From Heteronotia binoei (lineage: Eukaryota), in the NCBI RefSeq assembly GCF_032191835.1, contig NC_083242.1:23622001-23686000 (forward strand): DNA of 64,000 nt, in the 5' to 3' direction. Positions 51,421-62,905 of this stretch are shown in pieces; position 1 is the first letter of the stretch; every line of letters begins with the position of its first letter. The translations under genes and the position numbers were made by a program. A model generated the notes under the pieces. The model worked only from the letters and a program-made list of their open reading frames with translations, did not search any database and was not told the origin of the DNA.

Positions 51421-52351
51421 CTAAATGAGAAAGGCAGAGGTCTCAACCAACAAAAATCCGTTTGTCAGCCACTTGGTATAGCATCCCTTCTGTCCCCCTG
51501 CCTATTTGGTTCAGTATCACCCTGGGCTCCAAATACCAGTTTGGGTCAGAAGTGAGCATTGCACACTTCCACAGCTCAAGAATCTGTTTTCCACATTCAC
51601 GGTTCCTGGTGTGATCCCTGGTATCCTCAGTGAAGATACCTCAGCCAGTGTTAGGAAAAGCCAGTCTCTGCCAGATTCTTTGGTGAGGGATGGGTTTGTC
51701 ATTCCAGTAAATTGGGAATCCCTAACCTTTTTCGGTCTGTGAGCATTTTTGGAATTTCGAGAGGAGGAGGTGGTGAACACCACCCCAAAAATGGCTGCCA
51801 CAGGAAGCAAAGCCAAATGCAATAATTTTTCTCCTCTCTTTGGAAAAGAATCACAGAGGAATAAAAATAGAGGAATGAAAGCCTGAGAGGAAGGAGGGAG
51901 AAAAGAAAAAGGGAATAAAAAGAAGGAAACTCTGAAGCCAAAATGGAAGCACACACGCTGGCTAAGGGAAGTGTAGATGCTTACTAGTCAATTTGAACTT
52001 CCCATGGCTGTGGCTGCTATTGCAATGGAAAACCTTTTATTTGAATGGGGGCAGTCAATAAGAAGCCTTTAATGGCCCCCTCCCACATTCTTGAAAAGCT
52101 TGGTGGGTACATTCGCATCCATGGGCACTATACTGGGGAATCCTGCAATAAATGTATGTCAAAAGCTGGTCTGTTTCCTACTGTGGGCATCTGGAAGTTC
52201 CTGGCTTTGGATGGGTACCTTGAACCAGCTGAAGTTACACAGGGATTGTGGTAGCTGTCCTTCCCAGGCCGGACAACAAGAAGGACTGTGCTCCCTGAGT
52301 AACCCACAAAAATGGAGGAACACTTCTAGTTGTGGTTGGTTCTATTCTTAC

Positions 52352-52414
52352 CTTCATCTGAGCCGTAGTACTCGGAAGTGTAAGTTGAGGAACTGGTTTC
52401 TGAAGAGGAAGAGG
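52352..52414 (-). CDS. PDZD9: Putative PDZD9 63-nt exon (SSSSETSSSTYTSEYYGSDE)
   Basis: Polypyrimidine tract plus ctag| acceptor, strong AAG|gtaaga donor; phase 1 to 1; reads into EESEHN of the next exon. Assignment is inferred. Confidence 0.7.
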
Positions 52415-53483
52415 CTAGAGGAGAAGAATTTAAAACACGTCACAAAGCTGATCTTGGCCAGCTATCTAAGCTTACGGTTCCCTTGGTCCCAACGTCACAG
52501 AGGAGACAGTCCGCTTCCCAAAAATCCTGCATTTGGGTTACAATTATAAACAAAGTGCCAGTCTCTCGTTTTTCAGGATGTTTTTAAAAATTACAACCAC
52601 AAAGAATTGCTTTCATTCATTAGTTTTATCCCACTTTTCCAAATAAATTTTGGAGTTTGGTGTAGCTCTCAGTGTAGAGCCAGCAACGTAAAGATCACAT
52701 GCAAGCCAAAAGTCCAGATGAAGAGGAGGTGAGATGTGGAAGGAGCCAATAACTAGAAGCGCAATGTAAGCAGGGGCAATGTAAATTCCAGGCAGTTGGA
52801 TTGGGCTGACCAACAGAACAGTTTAAAGTCTGGACTACATCATATTAGGCTGACCATCTCGCAAGCCCAGGCTTTATAGACACTAGTCAGTTGATCGCAG
52901 GCACTGCAACCCAGGAGGCATTGTTGTTTCACAAGGTGCCACAGCTGCCTCTGGATGTAAGTTAACACTTTTTACTTGTACCCTGAAAACAGATTGGTAA
53001 CCCATATAACTCTAGCAGCAGAAAACCTTCACTGTGTTGTATCTTTGTTAGCCCTGTTTACCCCAGCACTTTGAGCCAGCTGGAGTTCTGACGGAGAGGT
53101 CTTCAGTCAAAGGTTTTGGGCACTCCTCACTCCTGCTGTTTGACACTTCCCATGCCTTATTACAACTGCTTTTGTAAACCCCTTTAGTTTCCCCAAGTAG
53201 TTTGTGGGAAAGCAGTTAAGCTGAAAAGCATAAGCATAAGTCTTTTGGGGTTCCCAGAACTAGATCCTCAATACTGTAGATTCCAGCCAAAGTCCCCCCA
53301 CCAGCTATCAAGAACAGACTGGTGCTTTTCATAATTTGAAAGAAGAGAAGACCAGTAGAGAGCTGGTAACATTGCCATGATGGTATCTTTCAGAAACTCA
53401 GGCTTTTTGCAACTTCTGCACAGGTCTTAACAGAATAACCAGTGGAATTAATGGAGTACAGAAAGAGAATGTGGGGGTGAGAG

Positions 53484-53663
53484 CAGTGTTCCTTCTAAAC
53501 TGTGTGCAAGAGCAACCACTCATTAGCGCAAGAAGCCCTGCTCAGCTGTCTGGAGCTGTTAAGGTTCTTGCACTGCCTGTTGCCCATTTTAAGATTACAG
53601 CTGTATTGCTCAGGATGTGAACGGCTTCACTCAGTGGGGCGTAGGGAATTAGAGGGAACATAG
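53484..53663. mobile_element. hAT MITE (CAGTGTTCC.TCTAA)
   Basis: TSD GGTGAGAG/TGTGAGAG; ends ~28 nt from the donor at 53692. Confidence 0.8.
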
Positions 53664-53731
53664 TGTGAGAGCTAATTCCTTTACTCCTTACCTTGAGAGG
53701 GAATTTAAACTAATTCTGGTTTTGTAACTAC

Positions 53732-53972
53732 CTGAGGATCTGTGAGATGGTTGCCTGTCTGATAGGCTTTTCACTGGCCGTCGCCTGTGGGCTGGTGGTG
53801 CTCTTGCTGATGGTGGCCTGTGGTCTAATGGTGCTCTCACTGATGGTCGCTTGTAGTCTGATAGCCTTCTCACTGATGGTCGCCTGTAGACTGATGGTCT
53901 CTTTACCGGTGGTCTTCTTATTGGTGGCCTGATTGATGGTCTCCTTCTGAAAGTTGAGTTTATATTATCCAT
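53732..53972 (-). CDS. PDZD9: Putative PDZD9 start exon, Arg/Pro/Ser-rich repeat (MDNINSTFRRRPSIRPP...QPSHRSS)
   Basis: ATG at 53972 with an in-frame TGA upstream; acceptor ttttcacag| at 53996. Phase-1 donor CAG|gtagtt at 53732 gives a 1209-nt, 402-aa model. A competing stronger donor lies at 53692. Confidence 0.55.
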
Positions 53973-54999
53973 GGACACCAAACCTCAAGAGATGTTCTGT
54001 GAAAACAAACTGGGATGAGGAAACAGTTCTGGCATGTATTTCAAAAGAGGGGTCACCCACTTGCGCTGTCCTATGAAGGGAGAACAAGGGGGCAGTAACA
54101 GTTTAGAACCCTAGTGCCACAAAGTTCCAGGCTTCTTGGAATCTCCAATTATGGGAAAAGATCGGAACCTCCCCTGACAGGCCATCTCGCTCCATAGGTG
54201 TGAAATTTATCCTCCGTTCTTTCAGGTACATATCTTTTAGCACAAGGTGCCCTAATGCTGGTGGGTCGGTGTGTAAACACACCAGTGTGTTTTAGAAAAG
54301 GGGATGCCCTGGTCCCCCAGCTATGAGGTCCTCCCTTCCCCTTTATTGCAAGCTGGCTCTGGTGGTCCTATCTGCAAATGTTGTAGGTCTGCCTTTTGTG
54401 AGGAAGAGTGTTTATATAGTCCTATTTGTTTAATTCCTCCATGTTGTGGCCTTGATCCAGATTTCTTCCCTCCTGCTAGTTAGCTAAGAATGCGGGTTGG
54501 TGTTGGGGAGAAAAGAAAAGCCTGAAGGAAATCCATGGGTGGATGTCCTCCAAGCATCACACAACTTGGCCCCTCTGTGTTCTGTGAGGCCTGCTCCCGA
54601 GTAAGCATATAACTCTAGCAGAAAACTTTCATTGTGTTATATCTTTGTTAGCCCTGTTTACCCCAGCAATTTGAGCCAGCTGGAGTTCTGACTGAGAGGT
54701 CTTCAGTCAAAGGTTTTGGGCAGTCCTCACGCCTGCTGTTTGACACTTCCCATGCCTTATTACAACTGCTTTTGTAAACAGATGTCCTCCAAGATAGCAG
54801 ATAGTTTATGCAATATAAACAATTCAGAGGGTAACGAATCTCTGATGTACAAGTGGCTTCCATTTCTTAAATTTTCTTTTGGTCCTGTAGATCAAATGCG
54901 TACATGTATACCTGGTAGATATTATGACATTATCAATTTGATGTAATTAATATATGGACAGAGTACTTATTTTTTTAATTCAGCTGCCAATTATGTATG

Positions 55000-55105
55000 T
55001 GTGTGTGAATATATATGTGTGTGTGTGTGTGTGTGTATGTATATATATGTATATATATTGTGTTTTTGTTGGTTTGTCTGTATTTTGTGTATATATATAT
55101 ATATT
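55000..55105. repeat. (TG)n/(TA)n compound microsatellite
   Basis: Read directly. Confidence 0.9.
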
Positions 55106-55262
55106 TTCTGCTGGTATGCTATGCTTATACACAAAGAATGATTGCAGATACAGTCATTGATTGCTTTATTTGTATGTTTATTAAGCTTAATAAAAAGTTT
55201 TTGGATTAAAAAAAAAAAGATGTCCTCTATGGCAGCATCTGTGCCTTGCAATTTGTGTAGAG

Positions 55263-55388
55263 CAGGGGTGGCCAACGGTAGCTCTCCAGATGTTTTTTGC
55301 CTACAACTCCCATCAGCCCATGCTGGCTGGGGCTGATGGGAGTTGTAGGCAAAAAAAACATCTGGAGAGCTACCGTTGGCCACCCCTG
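55263..55388. mobile_element. Palindromic hAT MITE near the PDZD9/MOSMO promoter
   Basis: Perfect TSD GTGTAGAG. Confidence 0.93.
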
Positions 55389-55772
55389 GTGTAGAGTGCT
55401 CCAAAAATACCCGTGGCAGAGGACAGTCGAGGCTTGCATTTCAGGAGTGGTTGTGTGTGCGGTGGCCCAGCGTGTGAAGGGTATGTGTTTCGGGATGCCC
55501 GCTGACAGGAAGGGGTGTAGCCGGAGTCAGATGTATTTTTAGAGTCCTGACAAACTCTGTGGGTTTCGACTTTGCTCGACTTGCTGGATTTGTCAGCCTC
55601 CCGCCGCCGCTGCTTCCTTCGGCTACCGATTTAGATTGGTGTTTGCGGTGCAGCCAGGACGGGGCGTCAGTGATTACTTGGACAGCCTGTATTTCTGTTC
55701 CTCTGAGGATGTTTATTATCACACCGAGGTAGTGAACACGTATCCGGGCTGCATCCAAAAGGAGCCACTCAC

Positions 55773-55900
55773 GATTTAAAAATTACTTTTTTTGTTTACT
55801 TTCCCCTCGTGAAAGAGGCGCGTTCCCTCAGCGCCTTATTGCCAAGGTAACAGCTTCCCGCCTCCAACGGCAGAGCCACGCCCGCCTCCTCTGAATGCCC
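55773..55900 (-). other. PDZD9: Putative non-coding first exon of PDZD9 (5' end approximate)
   Basis: Strong minus-strand donor C|gtgagt at 55773 at the edge of the MOSMO CpG island; the ATG exon has an upstream acceptor that needs a partner. Confidence 0.4.
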
Positions 55901-56620
55901 CGCCTCTTCGCCTTCCAACCAAGCCCTGTCCCCGCCTCCTCTTCCAGGAAGCCCCGCCTCCAAGGTGGTCCACTCTTGGCTTCTTTTAAAGAAGCCCCGC
56001 CCCGTCTGGGGCAAAGTGTGAACGGCACGGCGCGCGGGGAGAGGAGGAGGAGGAGGAGGAGGCGGCGACGAGCTGGAGCCTTCGCTTCCGGGTCGCGGCA
56101 GCCTCTGCCCGGGTTTTGCTTCCGGCGCCGTCCCGAGTCGGGGCGGGACGGGCGGGGGGAGCCGCTCCTGAGTGGCGGCGGCCGCCTGCCTGCCTGAGGA
56201 GGGGCGCCGAGGAGCCGCTGCGGGGCGGGCGAAGGGAGCCGAGCCGTGATGGAGCCGCGGCTGTGAGGTGCTTCCCCCGGCCCGGGCACCGCCTGTGGGC
56301 AGCCGCCGGGCCGAGGCCGGAGGACATGGACAAACTGACCATCATCTCAGGATGCCTCTTCCTGGCCGCGGACATCTTCGCCATCGCCAGCCTGGCCAAC
56401 CCGGACTGGATCAACACCGGCGAGTCGGCGGGTGAGAGGGGGAGACAGCGAGGCGGGCTGCGGGGGGCACAACCCGGAGGGGCCCGAGGGGATGGAGCCT
56501 CTTCGCAGTGAATCTGGAGGGGCTGAGCCTGCTCCCAGGCCGCCTCCTCCCTTTCTCTTCGGTCCGGGGAAGAGGTAGTCAGCTTGGCCGCAAATCCCGA
56601 ACCTGCCATGGGTGACCTTG
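55820..56620. promoter_or_regulatory. CpG island, probable bidirectional PDZD9/MOSMO promoter
   Basis: Repeated CCCCGCCTC GC boxes, CTTCCGG ETS sites and a (GGA)n tract. Confidence 0.8.
56326..56431 (+). CDS. MOSMO: Modulator of smoothened, coding exon 1 (MDKLTIISGCLFLAADIFAIASLANPDWINTGESA); rest lies outside the window
   Basis: Matches the recalled MOSMO/C16orf52 N-terminus; strong Kozak; 106 nt with G|gtgaga donor. Exon 2 not found before 64000. Confidence 0.96.
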
Positions 56621-58969
56621 GGCCACTCGCTCGCTCACTCCCCGCCTAGTCTACCTTGCAGAGGATGAAGAAGGGGAAGGGGAAATGGTGGGATTTACCT
56701 GGTGACCTTGGGCCAGTCACTCTCCCTTAGTCTCGTGGGGTGTCGCTTTCTTTTAATAAAGTGCCTGTTGAAATGATTGGGGAGGAAAAATCGAATCAGT
56801 GTTTTAAATATTAACCACCTGGAAACTATCCATTTATATGTTATTGCAAGCTGCTTTTTTTTTTTTTACTAAGATAAATTACCTGTTGTGGTGCTCCAGG
56901 GACAGTCTGGTATGGTATGGCCAGCATGGAAAACACGTTTTTTGCATGTTCAGCCCATCCAGAAATGGGTAGATAACCCTTTAACAATTTGCCAAGCACT
57001 GGAAAGTATTGAAATGTTCATAGCAAAATATAAACCGTAAAGGAATCCTTTATCATTTAACAGCTGAAATATTTATTGTTTCATGGTCAGTTAGTGGGTG
57101 ATCTTGGGCCAGTCATTCTTTGCAAAACCTACCTTGCACAGTTCTTGTGAGATGAACTTTAATAGAGGAAGGTAGAAGCTCGTAAGCTGCCTTGAATTCC
57201 TTATTGGAAGGATGGGATAAAAATACCCCGAGGAGCCCCACAGGCCACATTAGATTGCAGGTGCTTTGCAGGTGGGAGCTTCTTGGAAGTGTGCAGTGCC
57301 AGGAGGAAAAAAACCCCCAAACCACTCAAGGGTGCATTGAGAAATCTAATGTTCTAGCAATGGACGTTAATGGAAGTGTTGCCTCATGAAAGTGCACATT
57401 TGAGAGATGAATGTGAAGTCCCACTGTGGTTTCTGCTGCAGAGCTTTAAAGGCAAGTAGCAAAACCAGAGTTATTTTGGCCACCTGGGCTGGAGTGAGTG
57501 GATATCAGATAAGCCATGAAGAGGAGGATGACTTGTGCTGAGAGCATGGGTGAAGCATATGAATACTTGATTGTGTTTCGGTTTGCTATGTGATTTTTTT
57601 TGGGGGGGGGGGAGAGAAAGAGGAGGAGCCACAACTCCACTTATCTCATGCAGATGAGAGAGGTGGCAGGAGAGAGAGCAGTCTTTTTTTGCAAGCTGGG
57701 GTCACTCCAGGTAAGGAGGGGATTCCTGATTTGTCAGCAAAGTGCTGTCCAAGCTGTTGGCAGGAGCCAGCAGAGCTGAAAATATTGAGCTGACAACAAA
57801 AGCAGCAGTGAAATGGCCATGAGGATTCAAGTCATAGAAAGATCTCTCATTAAGTTCTCAGAATGCCGTCGAGGTGTGGCAGTGCAGTGCCCTTAATGGG
57901 GGTGAGGGGTGGCAGGAAGGGTATCACTTGGAAAAGAGTATTTGAGTACTGTACTTGAAACTGGGTTTGTATGTGTGTGTTAACTGGTTTCCTGTTGGGA
58001 AGGAAATAGTGTCAGCTCTCTTGGTCAGTGAATGCCGAGGACAAATATAGACTTGTGTCGGCATAGGGAACTGAAGAAACAAGAACCTAATTATTGCCAT
58101 GTGCTTATATCAAGGCCAGATACATTGTAGGAGGGAGACACTACTTGAGAGAATTGACCCCCCACCCCCCAGAGCCAGATGAATTCGAAACTGGATTTCT
58201 GTTTGCTTTGTAAACTCAGTAATGAGGAGCATTCCCAGGCATTCTGTTGGGATGTTAGATATCTTTAGTGCTGGTGTTGTTTTGTTTTGTTTTTGTGATG
58301 CAAGTGGAAGTGGGAACCGTTTCGTGTGTGGGTGAGCCCATGTGAACTAAGGACTGAAACTGCAACGCCTGAGGGTGCATCGCCCAAAAATAGACTTTTA
58401 ATTAATGTTGCTGAGTTCAGTGCATGGACATGTTCTGGAGTCTGCCAGACAGACCAGGCTCTGTTGAAATATTTGTGACAGTCTTTAATTTTATGACAAT
58501 GAATATTCCATATCTGTTGGTGATGCTGTTATTTATTGTGCTTGAGAATTGCACAGGCCAGCTGATTTCAAGGTGTGGTTGGTTTTTTAAAAAAAAAAAT
58601 AAGCATCTTCTCAGAATAGCAAGGATTGTTCTTAAACAATCCAGCATATCCCTTCCCAGAGGTTGTGTTTTGTGAGCTGTGAGGCCTTCCTATGACCTTG
58701 TGTCCTGTGGATGGATCTCCAAGTGACTTTCTCAAGAAGAGGCAATATTGTTAGCCTCATCAAACTTGAAGAAATGATACTGAACTTCTGAATTAACTTT
58801 CCTGTCTAGGCTTCCAGTTTTCTTCAGTCTCTGCTTCTAAAAAGCAGCCAACATGGCACTGGTAGATACTTAACGTCCTAAATTGTGTGCAATGCAATGG
58901 GGAGGGCCTGTAGCTCAGTGGAAGAACCTCTGCTTTGTATAAAGATGATCCCATGTTTAATCTCCGGCA

Positions 58970-59282
58970 CAGGGGTGGCCAAACTGTGGCTCAGGAGCCA
59001 CATGTGGCTGTTTCACATATACTGTGTGACTCTCGAAGCCCCCACCGCCCTGTTGACCAATTTGGAGAAGGCATTTGTCACTTTAAATCACTTCACCAAG
59101 CCAAGCCAGCTGGTGACTTGGAGAATGTATTTAAAGTTGCTTTCTTTCCACCTCTCCCTGCCCCCTCTTGCTCCATCTCCCTCCTCCAAAATCTGCGGCT
59201 CTCAAGCGTCTGACATTCGTATCTTGCCGCTCTGACAGTTATTCTCTGTGGCTCTTGTGTTAAGCCAGTTTGACCATTCCTG
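58970..59282. mobile_element. hAT MITE nested inside a tRNA-derived SINE (58897-59420)
   Basis: SINE head and body are split by the element; TSD CTCCGGCA/CCCCAGCA. Confidence 0.75.
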
Positions 59283-62200
59283 CCCCAGCATCTCTTCAAA
59301 TAAAAGACTAGGCGGCAGGTAATATGAATGCTCTCTGCCTGAGACCTTGGAGAGCTGCTACCAGTCAGACTAGACAACGTTCTAGACAAAGGGTCTGATG
59401 CAGTATGCAACAGTGGCATGTATGCTTGTGTAGATGGTTTGATTTTTCAGTGTTGGTTTCCCTCCCCCACCCAGTTTCTTCTCTCACCTATGCTAGTATG
59501 TTTTCCCCTGTTATCTTTTTCCATGTGGAATGTGTGTTCCAACAAGGGACTAAAGAAACTGATCAAACCCTTCATGGATGCTCTAGTCCTGAAAGGGGTG
59601 TGGGCACCATTGCAATTGAATGAGAGCAATTAAAGGCCCTGGGTGCCTTCTGTGGATCTTTGCATGGAGGAGCAGGAAACCAAGATGGCACGAGACAGCC
59701 ATTGGGGACTGGAACATGCATGGGCACAGGCATATAAATTCATTCTCCTCGGAGCCTGGATTATACTTTCTTTTTTATTCAGGAAGGATGTCCCTTTAAT
59801 TCTGTGCTCTTATAAGTGCTCCTGGCTTTAGTGGCAAACCTGCTATTTCTTTCTTCTTAAAATTAAGCATGTAAAATATTTCCATTTTTGCAATGCCGCA
59901 ACAGTTAGTTCTGACTGTTTTCTTCGGGGTCTCCCTGTGGCAATGGCGGTTGTTCTCTACTGTTGTCACTTTGCTCACTCATGAGGTTGTGGGGTCACTA
60001 AATCATTCCGTGACGGTAGCATTATCATGCCCTAAATAAGCTGGTGTGGGTTTTCCTAAGGGAAAGAAAAATCCACCATGAGTTGAATTTTGGGACAGTT
60101 CTTTCTGCCAGAGTGCGATAGGTTGTGTTGGTTTGTCCTGTGCAGGAACACTACAGCCTGTTGCTTCTGGAAATGCGTTTTGTTTCTGGGCAGGCAGAGA
60201 ATGCTTTTCCAGAAACTGGAGAAGGGCCTAAGAACAGCGTAATAAATTTTGTAGCAGCTTTAGCAATAGGGCTGCTTGTTGAGCCAACTGAGTACATGCA
60301 GAAATTAGCACTAGCAAAGAGAGTACTCCTGCTAGCAAAGAGGGACACATCGTGTATCTACGTTTTAATCTTGACTTTCCCCGAAGAGCAGCAACCCTGT
60401 TAGGTAGGTTAGTGCTAGAGAGAGAACCTGGCCCAAAGGTCACCTAGTGAGCTTCATGGTTTAGGGGTGGGTTGAACAATGGAGCTCTTGCATCTTACAG
60501 TAAACATGCAGTTGCACTGGCTCTCTTGGTACAAGAGAAGGTTTCCCAGAAACCCTTTATTGAGAAAGGAGAAACCTTTGAGTATGAAATGCAAACCCAG
60601 GCAGTAACCAAGGGCTGTTTTGCACACCTGCCCTGAGTGCCAATTGCTCTGAGCATGTGTATAGTTCATGACTATTACGAGCCCTTAGCCCTCCCTGGGT
60701 GGAGCATGACTTCCTTCCTTCCTTCTTTCCTTCCTTCCTTGTCTTAGTGAAAGTGTGAACCGTGTGTGTGAGTAGTCAGTAGCAGGTGCTGAGGTCCCAG
60801 CAGCAGTTTCCCCAGGTGCTGCCTTCAGTGAAGATCACTGCCCAATTTTGGTGAATGTGCAGTTCTTGCATTGTGCTGCTGCACTGAATTGCATACTTTG
60901 CATTAGTCAAGGCTGCTCACAGGTCGAGGAGAATACCATGTGTGAACCAGCTTACTGGTTGGTAGATGGACTGTGTACATACATTCTCTTCTAATGTGGA
61001 GGTGCTGCCACCTTTTCTCTTAGACTCATCCCAAAGACAAATGCATCATGGATGGGTTAAGATCCTACCTGCCATATTATGCAAGGCATGTCTAAAAAAG
61101 TAGTGGAGGGAGAGAGGGGAGGAGGGAGAGGGAAAGGAAGAAAGGAAAAGAAAAGAAGTGGGCTGCTGCCAGTTAGACCCCACAAAATCCAGGCTCATTC
61201 TGCCCATACAGGCTCTCTGGGCAGAACAATTTTTACATTGCTTGCTGCTGCAGCCCTTAGAGAGAAAAAAAATAAAGTATTAATAACCAGGAAAGGGAAA
61301 GAATACAATATAGCCAATATACCTTTGGACCTCTCAATCAGCGCTACTCCTGTGATATTACTATGTGTTTCTTGCCAATTTACCATGTAAAGCAAAGGAG
61401 TTCTGTTTAGTTTACCAGAGACTATGTTATGGTGGGCTGTTTATTTCTGGAACTCCCTGCATCAGGAAACCTAACTTGGGGATATGTTTAAATAGACCCT
61501 TTTGCTGCTCCAGAGAGCTTCCCCTGGAGCTGGCTAGCTGGTTGTGTTGCACTGTCATAGCTGCTAATATAATTTGGATTGCAGTATATTTTGGATTGTT
61601 TGTTTTCTAGGATGTTCATAAAAGGTTGTAGTGTAATGCTTGGAGTATTACAGTTAGGAAAAATGGTATTTTGTGTGTATGTGCGTGTGTGCACCTTGAA
61701 GTCATGGTGACTGATCCCTGCTCGGAGCCTGGAGGATATTCAGAGAGGTGGCTGAATGAAGCCTGTCCCTGCCCTCCTGACGTTTGTCATTTTGAGGAGG
61801 TCTCCCATCCAACTACCAGCCAAAGTTGACCCTGCTTAGTTTCTGAGATCTGATGAGATTGGGCTTGTCTGGGATATCCAGGTCAGGGAAACAACAACAA
61901 CAAAAATAATTGATCTAGTTCCTACATTGTCCCTCAAAGGTGACGCCAAGGAGAGTAGTCTCTGGGTTTTGTGTCATCTGCAAGTCCTTCATGTCTAAAG
62001 CTGGCAATCAAATCCCTGTCAGTGGGACAGTAAAATAGGGCCAGCTGGAATGAAGGTCAAGGGTTTTGCATTGCCAGGGGACTCCCCAGGCATGGAGGAT
62101 AACGTATCTGACTGCCAAGTATACCTCCCCATCCCATGTGGATCTAAACATTTGTAGTTTCTGGGCAGCCGAGTCCAGAACAGATGTTTTGGCAAATTGC

Positions 62201-62701
62201 AAAAAATAAAGGCTGAGATAAATGCTAGACCATTCAAATAGTATTGTGTAGAATTTAAGATTTTTAAAAGCCCCCCTCCCAAACAGAGGTTTTCACAGCA
62301 TTCTAGCCAAAGGCCTCTCAGCATTCTAAAAATAACACTACCTAGAAAACTTCTTAGAAAATGAGCTGCACAGTCTTTTGCTGCTGAAGTAACAGAATGA
62401 ACCAACAAGGGTGCTTATGGAATCTAGGATTTCTATTGCCCTAGATGGGAAAGTAATGGCTTATCCACCAGGCTAACAGCAGCACTATTCTCCAGTGTGA
62501 GGAGCCTGATCCTGCTTTAGGAGGCTGAAGAACTTTTTGTGTTGGCGGAAGGCTCCTTGCATCGTGGGAGAGCCCCACTGTTGGTGGATCAGGTCCACAG
62601 GATCCAACCCACTGATTCTGATGGTATCGAAACACCTTTTCCATGATGTATCTGGGAAAGAAGAGTTACCACTATGAATGGGCATGGGGTGGATTTGGGG
62701 A

Positions 62702-62905
62702 GGGGACTGTAGCTCAGTGATAGAGCAGCTGCTTTGCATGCAAAAGGTCCTGGGTCCAATCCCCAGCATCCCCACTTTAAAGGAACAGGTAGCAAGTGAT
62801 GTGAAAGACCATGACCAGAGACTTTGGAGAGCTGCTGTCAGTTAGAATTGACCAGGTTGACCTTGATAGACCAGTAGCTTGAATCAGTATAAGGCAGCTC
62901 AAATG
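62702..62905 (+). mobile_element. tRNA-Ala-headed SINE
   Basis: GGGGACTGTAGCTCAGTG...TTTGCATG...CCCCAGCATCCCCA head continues into a SINE body shared with other copies. Confidence 0.8.

Larger units (their letters stand above)
53003..54779 (+). repeat. Local direct duplication (53003-53179 and 54606-54779) bracketing the putative PDZD9 start exon
   Basis: 7 substitutions and one 3-nt indel in ~175 bp; upstream copy lies between GATGTCCTCCAAG repeats. Confidence 0.95.

Noticed and set aside
51517-51954. 145-aa minus-strand ORF with a hydrophobic stretch and a strong pyrimidine tract in a PDZD9 intron
   Set aside because: I could not build a phase-compatible exon with convincing donor and acceptor, and recognise no homology.
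55828-56609. Long ORFs on both strands over the MOSMO island (also at 18083-19008 and 23373-23833)
   Set aside because: Expected from stop-codon scarcity in GC-rich CpG islands; low-complexity products.
60125-60443. Overlapping ORFs in MOSMO intron 1 (also 62008-62408)
   Set aside because: No recognisable protein or retroelement motif; MOSMO exon 2 peptide is not present.
62702-62774. tRNA-Ala(TGC)-like sequence
   Set aside because: It has stem mismatches and a degenerate B box, and continues into a SINE body shared with other copies; it is a SINE head.
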